In this document: in pieces, positions 1 to 11,700 of the stretch
Numbering within the stretch: the first letter of the stretch is position 1
Layout of the letters: the number at the start of each line of letters is the position of its first letter
NCBI RefSeq assembly: GCF_964204865.1
Contig: NC_135263.1
Span: forward strand, 18,228,001 to 18,292,000
Origin: Styela clava
Lineage: Eukaryota
Direction of reading: 5' to 3'
Length of the DNA stretch: 64,000 bases
Translations under genes and position numbers: made by a program
The notes under the pieces: generated by a model
The model's database searches: none
The model's input: the letters and a program-made list of their open reading frames with translations, nothing else
What the model was told of the DNA's origin: nothing

Positions 1-67
1 CCCCGAAAATTTTCAATGATAATGTATAGGAAAAAATTTTAGTGGTTCAAAGGTCGGGGAAAGATCC
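1..67 (+). mobile_element. Right end of a MITE of the 5637-6135 family (truncated by the window edge)
   Basis: Ends ...CAAAGGTCGGGGAAAGATCC|AT, matching the terminus at 6110-6137. Confidence 0.75.
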
Positions 68-486
68 ATTCAGTCACTTTGACAGTATTCAACCACGGAA
101 CCAAATGTCTTACATAATCGCCCTCCCTCAGCACTGATTCTTTCGGATTGTCTCCACGCTCTTAGAAGTATGGAATGTTTCATTAATTCATCTCACCATC
201 TGGTTGCGCGAATAATTTATACACTTAATAATTTGAGAAAAGAAGGTAATAATGTCAAATACGTTTGGATGTACCGGGTACCCCGGTCAGGCGAAATGTT
301 ACAGAAATACATTTGTGTTAGTGTGCAGCAATGCTCTTGAATCAAATAGTACAGTCATCTTTATTCTTACCAGAGCATCCTTGCCTTACGTACACGCATA
401 CGGATCCACTTCCACATACCCCTAATGATAGTTGCGAAAATTATGTTTTAGTTTTGCCGCGGGACTCACATTAAATAGCATGTGAC

Positions 487-1035
487 GGTTCCATTATCTT
501 TGAACCCGCGTACATTTGAACCCGTACATCTGAACCCGTAATTTGAACCCAGAACAATTGCACCTGTATACTATTGCACCTATGGACATTTGCACCTACG
601 GACATTTGAACCCATACATTTCCACCCATGGATTTTAGCACCCGCATATAGATTGAACCCGCGTACATTTGAACCCGTGTACGTTTGCACCCGCGTACAT
701 TTGAACCCATGTACATTTGCACCCGCGGACATTTGAACCCGTGTACGTTTGCACCCGCGGACATTTGAACCCATGTACATTTGCACCTGCGGACATTTGA
801 ACCCATGTACATTTGAACCCACGAACATTTGCACCCGCGGACATTTGAACCCATGTACATTTGAACCCACGAACATTTGCACCCGCGGACATTTGAACCC
901 ATGTATATTTCCACCCACAGACATTTGAACCCACGTATATTTGAACCCGCGTACATTTGAACCCACGGACATTTGAACCCGCGTATATTTGAACCAACGT
1001 ATATTATATTTGAACTCGCGTACATTTGAACCCAC
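487..1035 (+). repeat. Left TIR tandem array (~17-18-bp subunits, core TTTG(A/C)ACCC)
   Basis: Directly visible tandem repeats; reverse complement of 4470-4946. Explains the spurious repetitive ORFs at 471-1095. Confidence 0.92.
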
Positions 1036-2244
1036 GCACATTTTCACAAAAAATGTTTGCCCCAACAGCAATTTCCAGTCGCAAATAATTTTCATGTTAC
1101 AGGCGCAAGCTCAATATATATTCTAAATTTCAACACTATTTCATTTGTAGTTAGTTTTGGTGTATATGCATTTACCCGCTTCTACGAAGCAAGCATTTTT
1201 GAGTGTCATTGTAGTCCCTAGTCCGAGGGATAAACGTCTCTTAACGATATAAACAACATTGTTCTGCCAAGGTCTTTTTTCTTTTGCTGTTTTTTTTACA
1301 TTGACATTTGTAAATCCTTATCTCCTTCGTTAGCCGCGATCTCCAAAACAGACGATGACCTAGAAAGCGGTATTTCGTTGAAATACCTGAAACAAGGGCT
1401 AATACGGAACAAATATCTCACAGACCAATGAAGTCTTAAATGCGGGTCTTACTAAAACTAGCTTTACAGTAATATTTTTAGTGGTCAACTCCTATAAATT
1501 TGTTCTGAAATTATTGCACCGAAAACGCCTACTATGATATCCCGCCCAGCATGAGATTTGGGAGCTCTGTGGCCACTTCATGTTTTCTTGCTAGCATGTT
1601 TACAAAATTGTTATATGTATGCATACACGACCACGCTTTACTGTTGAAAATGAGTGTTGTCTCAAATCAGGTTTTGCCATTTTTCCTAAAATCAATCTAT
1701 AAATTGAATACTATTGTCTGTATATAAATAAATAAACGCACAGATTCTTCGTTTCTAAGAAAATATGAAATTAAGATAATGAAACTATGTCATTTTTGTA
1801 ACAACATGTTCATAGCCAAATGCCAGTTTTATTGAAGTATTGTTTCATTAGAATGTCAGAACAAAACTATACATAGAAATCGTAAGTCATGTAAATATGT
1901 TGAATATTCGAAAGTGAAGAAGTTTTAAAATCATTATCGTGGCCAAAAATGGTTTTTGCTGTTTACACTATTTAGAGTAAATCGAACATATTCAGCATAT
2001 AGGGTCTGTTAAATATGATATTGCAATTTACAAACGACGTCATAGGTTACGGATTACATTTATTTTAATATCTCAATAAAGTTATCACTCACAAATTTGT
2101 GTCGAATGGGCGATCAATTTTGAGATAGAGTAGCTATGGACGTTTTACAAAATAGGAATTTATCAATTATGATACAATAGTTAAACAACAAATCAAAATA
2201 ATGACGATAAACGAAATTTTACGATATCACGATCAAAGTTAAAA

Positions 2245-3637
2245 TCAAATAGACTGCATTTGAGCTATTGAGTGGAGATACCTCAGCTTGTCGGTTTCAG
2301 TTCCATATCAAAAAACTTTAACTGACAACCTAACAGCAAGTTGTACATACTTTGATCTATGGTGGGCCGTAACTCCTACATGAGCATTTGCCGCAGTCAG
2401 TTTGTGGACCGCAATGTCTTTTCGTAGGCCATTCAGCAAACGCCATATACTCGGATGTTTGCATCGGAACATTCCTTGTAAGGCGTTGTGAAATCCTTCT
2501 ACAGCGTTTGTTGTTCTTGGGGCCGAAGGCATCATTTCAATCTCTTTGGCATAGTTCCACAACCGAGGGGGAAATCTTGCTTCTCTTGGACGTGAACCCA
2601 TTTGAGGTCCACGAATGTAGGTAGATTCAAATATTGCAAAAGTTGATTGCATTCGAGCGAATCTTCGAAGGTGTCGCAAAGCAAGGTGAAGACTTCGGCA
2701 ACCTCGTTAATGGGAACAAAAGCCAGAGCTGCCAAACTTCTAATTTTCAGATTGAAAGAGGGTAAACATTCAAACTTCTCTTTTAATCCGATAGAACCAA
2801 CTTTTCGAATTATAGCTTGTGACAGGTGAAAATAACATCCTTTAATATCGGCCAGAGGAAATTGTGCATGGAATGCATTGATAGCTGCTATTTCAAAATC
2901 AACAATGATTTTGGTGGGGTTAGCATTTGGGAAAATGATTTTCAACACTTCCCACATCTGAACGTATGTTTCATGTCGCTTGTCTCGTAATAGGAAATAT
3001 ACGCATGGTGGATAGAATGCGCCCACTTTACAGTGAATTGTATACAACAGGAAGAAAATACCGGGCACCACATCAAATGTACCGTCGCCAAGATATGTGT
3101 CACTATCTAGATGTGCAAGTAGTGATCGATCTCCAATGGCCATTATCCGATGACGATCCTCCGGGCCAGTGTCATGCAAAATGATATCTAAATATTCGCT
3201 CGGAATATCAAAGCTTGCACTTGTAGGATTCGTACGTGAAATTCGTAATTTTTCTGTCGCCTTACTCTGCGTATATTGACCTCCAGAGTCGACTTGCCTG
3301 GCAAGCGCATTAGTACATCTGTTGATCTATTATTCAATACTTCACCTAAAATATATCTTGTCGATGTATTTGATGGTGTTGATGCTGCTTCTTTTAATGT
3401 TGCACGGATGATCCCAACTTCAGTCTTAATGCTGTCGCCAGAATGACTGTGATATCCTAGTTCTTTTATTACATTTTCACCGATCGTAACAACAGTCGAT
3501 TTACATCGAAATTTCCTAAACTGACGGCAGCGCCAATGAGTAGCATCTGAAACCCGATCATTTCGCTTACAATATTCGTGGCCTTTGTAAATCAGTAAGT
3601 CGTTTCCTCTTGTGGTCTTGGAAAATGTAGGCGCCAT
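2245..3637 (-). pseudogene. Disrupted MULE transposase (FLYWCH Zn-finger + DDE domain)
   Basis: ORF 3188-3637 has the FLYWCH pattern (LLIYKGHEY..WRC..C..H.H). ORF 2532-3179 has DGTF..LYTIH..VDFE..GCYFHLSQ. ORF 2308-2679 has RTTNAVEGFHN..HPSIW. Two frameshifts plus an in-frame TGA at 2308-2310 before YGTETDKLRYLHSIAQMQSI*. Confidence 0.9.
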
Positions 3638-3711
3638 GTTTCCAACTTATTTTCGCAAAGGGACTTGTCATCTTCGCTGCTGCAACGTCCTGAAGAAACA
3701 GTTTGGAATTG

Positions 3712-3823
3712 TCTGCGAGGGAAAAAGGGCATTGATGCGAGGAAAAACTTTGCGCGGGATCGAACTATCTGCGAGGGAAAAAGGGCATTGATGCGAAGAA
3801 AAACTTTGCGCGGGATCGAACTA
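3712..3823. repeat. 56-bp tandem duplication upstream of the transposase
   Basis: TCTGCGAGGGAAAAAGGGCATTGATGCGA(G/A)GAAAAACTTTGCGCGGGATCGAACTA occurs twice. Confidence 0.85.
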
Positions 3824-4469
3824 ACACATCAATTAAAATCCTTGCTCGCGCTCTTCAAGAGTCGTCGACCGTTCAAAGCACAAAAAAAGCACAGGTGCAA
3901 TTGTCATGGGTTCAAATGTACGTGGGTTCAAATGTAATGGAACCGTAGAAAATAGTTGTAATAAAGCCTTCGAGTATATAGTCGAGAATTCCATGGTAAT
4001 ATTGATTGTTTTCGCAACGTATGCATTTGGAGAAAGAATCCTAAGTGTACCTTCCAATCCTATATACCAGGGCTACTCAACTATTTTCACCAAAGGTCCG
4101 TTTACGAAACTTCAAAATTACTGGGGTCCGGACATTACAGAAAATTTATTTCATCAAATAAACGAAACTTCAAATTCAATATTGAATTAAATACAAGAGC
4201 AATGAATGGCTCGCAAATATGGACACAAATGTCGCACATCGGTACCAGTACGACAAACTGTACAGCTGTGTATTTAAATTGTATCAAAATCATTTAAAAC
4301 TATAAAACGATGCTTATGCTGCTAAAATAAACAAGCAAACGCGGTCCAAATTTTATGGTCAAAAGGTCCGGATTCGGACCGCGGTCCGCCAGTTGAGTAG
4401 CCCTGCTATATACTATAGTATATAGCATGGAAGGATAAGGGTGTATATGTAAAGACGCTGATATCCGTA

Positions 4470-4946
4470 AATGCAAATGCCCATGGGTGTAGATGTTCAT
4501 GGGTGCAAATGTCTGTGGGTACAATTGTACGCGGGTGTAAATGTATGTAGGTTCAAATGTCCGCGGGTGCAAATGTACATGGGTTCAAATGTCCGCGGGT
4601 GCAAATGTTCGTGGGTTCAAATGTACATGGGTTCAAATGTCCGCGGGTGCAAATGTACATGGGTTCAAATGTACGCGGGTGCAAACGTACACGGGTTCAA
4701 ATGTCCGCGGGTGAAAATGTACATGGGTTCAAATGTACGCGGGTGCAAACGTACACGGGTTCAAATGTACGCGGGTTCAATCTGTATGCGGGTGCTAAAA
4801 TCCATGGATGGAAATGTATGGTTTCAAATGTCCGTAGGTGCAAATGTCCATAGGTGCAATAGTATACAGGTGCAATTGTCCGGGGTTCAAATTACGGGTT
4901 CAGATGTACGGGTTCAAATGTACGTAGGTTCAAATGTGCTGTCACC
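4470..4946 (-). repeat. Right TIR tandem array of the MULE
   Basis: GGGT(T/G)CAAATGT subunits; reverse complement of the left array. Confidence 0.92.
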
Positions 4947-5552
4947 GCATGTGACATATCTCGAATTATGTTTTTTGTGTGAAATATGGCGAATGTAAAG
5001 AATTCTTATGCTTTTATGAATACCGGTAGTACGATGTGGACATAAGGTATTTATAACATATTGACATAAAAATGACTGTTATTTCCTAACTTTTTAATAT
5101 CGACTTGTACCTTTGATACTGCACACGGTAATTGGTGAGTCATATTATTGTTCCTAAGCCAACACCTATTTTCACTTTTGAGAGGAAAGGTTCACATAAA
5201 TGAGTTATTCCTATTGTCACCGCAACATACATTGCCATTTGCCCTAGACTTATCTCCAACAACATAATTTTGAAAAAAAAAAATTAGCTTTCCAGAACGA
5301 GTAACTCAAATCCGTTAATGCCTGGGGATCAATGACTTCAAGTTGTATACATTTCACCTCTTCCATCGGAATGTTGAATGAACACATGAAAATTTTATAT
5401 ATATATCATGTGTGGACTGCTTGTATTCAATCAAATTGACAACCCGGGCGTAAATTCCTACTACCGATTAAATTATGCCCCAAACTCGTAACGGAGCGTA
5501 ATACTACGTCAAAATTGCACGACAAACGAGAATGATATTTTTCCAAGCCAAA

Positions 5553-5554
<2 letters not shown>

Positions 5555-5590
<36 letters not shown>
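5555..5590. repeat. (AT)n microsatellite
   Basis: About 18 AT units. Confidence 0.95.
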
Positions 5591-5592
<2 letters not shown>

Positions 5593-5636
5593 TATGCGAG
5601 GCAACGCTTGGAGAAAGGACGGGACTTTGAAGCAAT

Positions 5637-6135
5637 GGACCTTTCCCCGAGCATCGACTTCCTTGTTTACTCCGTGACATTGGCCAATCAGCAAGGTGCA
5701 AAAAGTGACGTAACAATGCTCCCCTCTCGCATCAGCTCAGACACTTTTCTCACTCAGACAGATTTTCAAGCGTGGTCGTAAACATTGCCTCGTTTCCGCC
5801 ATTTTGAACTATATTCATTAGTTTTCAGTTGTGTTTCGGAAACTTAAATATAAATCAGATAATTCAATGATTAATCTGTCTTCCTAGGAGTTTTAATTTA
5901 ATTGCAGTAATAAAAAATTATTGTATAAATAGCTGTGATAGACTAGGCTAAAATTCTTTATCGGTACTTTTAAAAAACAGATTGTTGTATGCGATGAATC
6001 ATAATGATGGTTTGAAACACATACCCCATTTTACAAGCGCCAACTCGCAAAAGCACTCTTAAAATAGCCCCGAAAATTTGGCAATGGTAAAGTATAGGAA
6101 GAATTGTTCGGGGGTCAAAGGTCGGGGAAAGTTCC
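5637..6135 (+). mobile_element. ~500-bp MITE with AT target duplication (ISL2EU/Harbinger-like)
   Basis: AT|GGACCTTTCCCCGA ... TCGGGGAAAGTTCC|AT. Full inverted copy at 42711-43199 and a partial copy at 1-67. Confidence 0.8.
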
Positions 6136-7003
6136 ATTGTTCTCGGTCTTTCATCACAGCGCGATATAATATGTGTCATTTGAACAAACACTTAAAAAAA
6201 GTTACGGGTTTTATTATAAATAGCTTGTTAGAGATCAGCGGGAAATATTTCCCGTGGGCCGCAAAAAAATCGTCCGGCGGCTCACATTATGCCATTTAAA
6301 GTTTGACATATGGAGAAATAATAACTGCTTATATATATATATATTGTTACAATTTTCATCTTGAAAAGCATAGTGTCTGATTAGATATTTTTATAAAGGT
6401 AACAAGCTTCTTGTATCTAATTGAGCATATATGCTATAGTATTCTGACACCAAATTGTCTTCGCGCACAGTAGGCCTACTACAAAGTGTGAACTTCCTCA
6501 TTTTTTCAAATTTTTCAAACGCTTCATGTGATCCAGCACCATGTTAACGGGTATGAGGTCGAAAAGAAATATTATTATGCGATTGGGGGGGGGGGGAAAT
6601 CAATTATATGGACTTCTATTTAAAAGCCGCAAAGGTGGAGATATTACGCGTCTTAAGGTGGTATAATCGCTATACCCCCTTTCTCCAATATATTATTCCT
6701 ACGCTTCCAACTCGTCCTTCAAAAATTTGCATCCTCGTTACCGCATCTAAATAAATCTTCCATCCAGGCTTGATTGAAGCAAGAAACGATTGCATATAGG
6801 TATAGTAGATTCGTTGATTTTAAAAAAACTTTTAAATATATGAATTTGCAAATTTTGGATATAAATTGGGCATCAATCCCACAGGTTTTTTTTCAAATGC
6901 AGTGTTTCCAGTTTAGAAAATATTCCATATTCAAAAATATCATTTCAGAGCGTATTCTAAATAGTTAATTTTATATTCATCCGATCTCCATATTTTTGTA
7001 GTA

Positions 7004-8033
7004 CCGTGTTTCCCCGAAAATAAGACTGGGTCTTATTATAATTTTTTTCTAAAAATTAACACTAGGGCTCATTTTCGGGGAATGTCTTATTGGACACGTT
7101 TAGTGGCCATAACGATAGTTTCAAAATTTTGTTGTTATTGTTATTTTCTTTCGTCATTATCATCAAAAAATCGCTTTTCTCTTCGAATACTGGACCAATT
7201 GCTTTGAAATTTTCAGTGGTTAAAGATAAAATTTTTCTCCAGAAGGCTATTACTTTTTTTTTCTCGCTATGACGTCATCAAAATTATTGCCATTGGGTGG
7301 CGCTATGTGTCCATATTTTTGAGCATAGCTCTCTTGTATTTTCATTTGTCAAAAACAAAATTACAAAGTAGAATAGCACGAGATTTTCAAATTTACAAAA
7401 TATGAATCCATACTTATACATAACACGTTTTTATTCTAAACAAGAGAGCTACGCACAAATATATGGACACGTCAGACCAGAGCGAATCAGTCCTTACCGG
7501 TACCTTTGACGCTACCGGTACCCTCAAAAAAGTTCCAGTAGCAAGAATTTTGCAGAATCAAAACGTACAGCCAGTCATGACACTGACTAAAATCCGTGTT
7601 CCCATGGATAAAAAATAATACAGCAAAATTTTAGACGAAATATCAAATTTCATAGAATTCACGCAAAATTTTGAAATAAATAAAAGTAATAGCCTTCTAG
7701 CGAAAAAATTAATCTTTAACCACTGAAAATTTCAAAGCAATTGGTCCAGTATTCGAAGAGAAAAGCGACTTTTTAAAAACGTGTCAAAGAACAAGAACAA
7801 GAACAACAACATAATATTGAAACGATCGTTATGTCCACTACGTGTCCAATAACGGCAAAAGATTGTTATCAATCATTTAAAACGTGTAGAAGAGATTTCT
7901 TGCTATTGACCAGGTAAAAAAATTGCGTCGTTCATTAGGTCTTATTTTCAAGAGAGGGTTTTTATTAAAATCATTCTTAAAATTCAGCCTAGGTCTTATT
8001 CTCAGGGCAGGTCTTATTTTCGGGGAAACACGG
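7004..8033. mobile_element. Tc1/pogo (Tigger-like) MITE carrying nested elements
   Basis: TA|CCGTGTTTCCCCGAAAATAAGAC ... GTCTTATTTTCGGGGAAACACGG|TA. Confidence 0.85.
7088..7852. mobile_element. Two head-to-head copies of a Helentron/HINE-like short element
   Basis: 7088-7337 (-) and 7439-7852 (+) share ACAAGAGAGCTA..ATATGGACAC starts and ..CGAT(C)GTTATG..GTGTCCAATAA ends. Family assignment is inferred. Confidence 0.6.
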
Positions 8034-8731
8034 TAGCAATGAGTGGCGATGCTACTTTTTATTCTAATTTTTGAAGTGGAAGTATTTATTTTTGAGAAAA
8101 AGTTTTTTGTTTTTCCTGTGGTTTTTACCTGGGTGCATCCTATTTTGCGGGAAGAGAACCCAAAGGTTGGTACCGCGACAAGGTTTCAGTCTCTGAGCTG
8201 CTATTTCTTATCGCATATCTGTAAGCTGCTGCTTTCACGGCATGAAGACTCTTCCTTGCACGAACCTTAATTACAAGCTGCATTAAATCTATTTCCCCTG
8301 AATCTGTATTGTTTTGAAAAATAATAACTAGTGTATTTATATACAACTACGTTATACACTTGCCAAAAAGTCTCAAACACAACATCGAACACAGTGTTTA
8401 TCAAATTGCTGGACTAGAGCAATGAGCATGTATATATGCTCATTGACTAGAGTGATTACTACCGGAAAATATGACCTTTTGACTCGAAATGCGTTGGCGC
8501 ACCGCGGTGTGAACAAGTTCAACACACTGCGTTTGCGTCTGCGTAGAAATCCTACGAAACGCATTGCGTTGGTGTGAATGGGCCTACGACGGGCAGCGTC
8601 GAACGGGAAATAGCCTATTGCGTACCGGTAGGGGTGATCAGTCGTTCTTCAGTTTTGGTGTTGATATTTTCAAAGGTATATTCAGGTAGTAGAGTTTAAG
8701 TGTCGGATTCCGTTGTTACCTGAAAGTTTCC

Positions 8732-11700
8732 ATGGATGCCAGACAGTTGATTGGCCCTGGCAAGGGTCGTGGAAAGGGAAGAGGTCGATCCAATAGTGGT
8801 CAAATGGGAGGTTATGATGGAAGACGTGAGTACTGATAGACCTCTACCGGTATATATAAATATTATATACCCATATTTCTGGGGTCTCCTGAAGTACGCG
8901 CCGCAGGTACTTCAGTACTTATAGTTGGCCTGTCTCGACAATTTTTGCATATCTAATATTTAACCCCCACATGACTACGGCATCCGGAAATTACATCACT
9001 GCATCACCATCGCGTCATAGAGCTTTCTAAAGTCAGAAAGTATAGTTACGATCGTCCGAAATGGCATCTGTGTAGCGATCTCTCTTTTATCGCTGTATCG
9101 ATATCGTTTCGATGAGAAATACGGTAGTCTAGCTTGCTCAACTTCGGATGATTGTCTGTGCAACCATCCGTATACTTTTGAGGGCCGTATTACGTCATTG
9201 CGACTTCGCAGTGATGTAATTTTTAGATGACGTAGTCATGTCTGCATGTGGGGGTTAGAAATTACACATGTAAATATTGTTGAGCCAGGCCAACTAGAAG
9301 TACCTGCGGCGCATACTTCAGGAGACCCTATTTCTGTATTTTGACTACCCCAAACTGCCAAAGTACTAGACCAGAAGAAGAATAGGTATGACATGAGCTA
9401 TTGGTGTTGAATTTTTAAATGGATAAAAAAAATCAAAGAAGTTACCACATTCAGACATTCCAGCATTTTGATACGCACAGACGCTTGACTTTCTGACTGT
9501 GTTCTGATGTTATAGACAAAAGATTGATATAAAATTGTAATGTATATTAAGAGAATTTCATATTGCTGTATTGCTCTACATGCTGACATGCAAACATGTC
9601 ACACAAGCGCAGAGACTCTGAAACATGTTGGCCTCACATAGTATGATAGTAGTTGATGAATTCAGGAATTTTTCTATTGATAATGAGTTAATGTATAACA
9701 GTATAAATTAACATACAAAATATTTTAACTTGGAAACTTATTTTTACAGATACTTCTTCTTCAATGTCCACTAATGCTAAAGCATCGGCGATCTTCGAAA
9801 ACACAAGAATCCTACATGCACAGGTAGCCCATACAACATAAATGAATAAGTGATAATGATTAGAGAAATAGAGTTTGAATGTAAATAAATCCAGGGCTTG
9901 TTTACGTATTTTGCATATTGACTTTGATAAACTTTTATGAAGTTAAAATTATGTTAATTAATGCTTATGTTGATATTTCAGTTCTATATCCAGTGTTCAA
10001 AAAAATAGTCATATTTCTACTGCAATGTGGAGACATGTTAAAGTATCGCTTGTCTAGATCATCTTGAAACTTTTTGGATTTTTTTTATGTTTGTTTACTG
10101 AAATAATTCTCAATATGTTTATACTTCATGAATCATTTTGAGTGTTCTTTTTACTTTTTCAATTGCATTTGTTACTCCTAAAATTAATTTTGCTTCCAGG
10201 CATCTCAGCAGGCAATGAAAAATCAAGATATGTATGAATCTTCATCGGAAGAAGATGATTTAGACGAAGATCAGATTTTGTCACAATTGATGAAAAATTA
10301 TAAAGGCATCAAATTAAATTACTTTAATATTATACTTAGAGCTGTAGCCAGTATTATGGTATTTAGTGAATGGTTTACCCCTTTTTACTGATCATTAATT
10401 TACATATAAGAATGAGCTGTTGTATGTCTATCATTTTTAATTTATGTTAATAAGAGTAAGAATATAACATAATTGTTTATCTTAATAAGGCTTTTCCTCA
10501 AATCATCAAAATCGCTAACTTTAATATTTATGTAAGAATAATTCTTTAAAAAAACTTAATTTTTATCTGTTACATGACTTGTGGCAAACTGTAAAAACTT
10601 GACAACCATTGATTTATCTGCTTTTGTTTTAGGTACATTGAATGGATCTGATGCAGATGATAATAATTCCATAAGTACCAGACAATACTTGTACGAAAGT
10701 TGTCAGTCTGGAGCAATAACATGTCTTGTTTGTATTTCAAGTGTAAAACGACAAGAAGCAGTAAGTAGCAGGGAACTTGAAGATTGTGATGATCTAATAT
10801 TTTCAGATAAAATTAAAATTTGTATTGACTTAGTCAAGCATAGGTGGATGGGGATCTGATCAAAAAACTTTTTCTTTCATTTAGATTTGGAATTGCTATG
10901 GCTGTTTTGCAACATTTCACCTGAGTTGTATACAGAGGTGGATAAGAGAAGGTATAGCTAGGAAGAGTGTTTTATCTGATGAACATTTTCCTAATAAGGA
11001 GCATCCTTGGTATTGCCCCAAATGCAGGTAATGCTAATTACAATCGGTATATTTTTTAATGAAACATTTCCATATTTACTTCTAGTGAGGTTTTTACTGT
11101 TTGTGAGTCAACAAGGAATTTTTTGGGTTCAGCATTGCCGTTTCAAGTCATCACATTGTGGGTTTCAATGAGGTTTGAGCCCGATATATGGAACTTGCAG
11201 TACTCCCATAGTGTGTGTACCTGGTTAGGGTCAGGCAATAATTTTATTCCGATTTTCCTTATTCAAGTTCGGGGACTGTCTATGTTAGACAAGTGAATAT
11301 ACCCCCTGCCCATAGGTTTCAGTCCCCTCAAACAACTTGGTACAAAATAGACGAGCAAAATTAGTTACCTCCATAAAATTTGGTATTATTTGAAGTCTTA
11401 CGAAAGGGACTGCCTGGCTGGATTATGCCTGACTCTGAGCAAGATTCAAAACAATTGATTGTTCAAATGCATTATTAATTCAGTTGTCACTTGTCAAGCA
11501 CAAAACTGACTGCTATTTTATAGTTTTCCTATCTTGAATTTCCGTTTATCTAACATAATATTCTTATATCAAATGTAGGTTCGAGTACAAACAACATGAA
11601 TGTCCGACTCGTTATATTTGTTATTGTGGAAAAGTTGAAGATCCACAATTCGATCCATGGTTGGTACCTCATTCATGTGGTGCAACATGTGAAAGGCTAT

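Larger units (their letters stand above)
487..4946. mobile_element. Mutator-like (MULE) DNA transposon with tandem-array TIRs
   Basis: Perfect 9-bp TSD GCATGTGAC at 478-486 and 4947-4955. Long inverted ends (487-1035 and ~4470-4946) are built from ACATTTG(A/C)ACCC subunits. Internal FLYWCH + MULE transposase remnant. Confidence 0.93.

Noticed and set aside
112-424. Possible - strand exons (AG..GT bounded, ~112-200 and ~371-421)
   Set aside because: No recognisable product and stops in most frames; cannot be supported.
500-1035. CRISPR-like repeat array
   Set aside because: No unique spacers, no cas genes, eukaryotic context; the array is mirrored at 4470-4946 as a TIR.
471-1095. Repetitive Cys/Met-rich ORFs (also 4471-4998)
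   Set aside because: Translations of the MULE TIR arrays; open in all frames because the repeat unit lacks stop codons.
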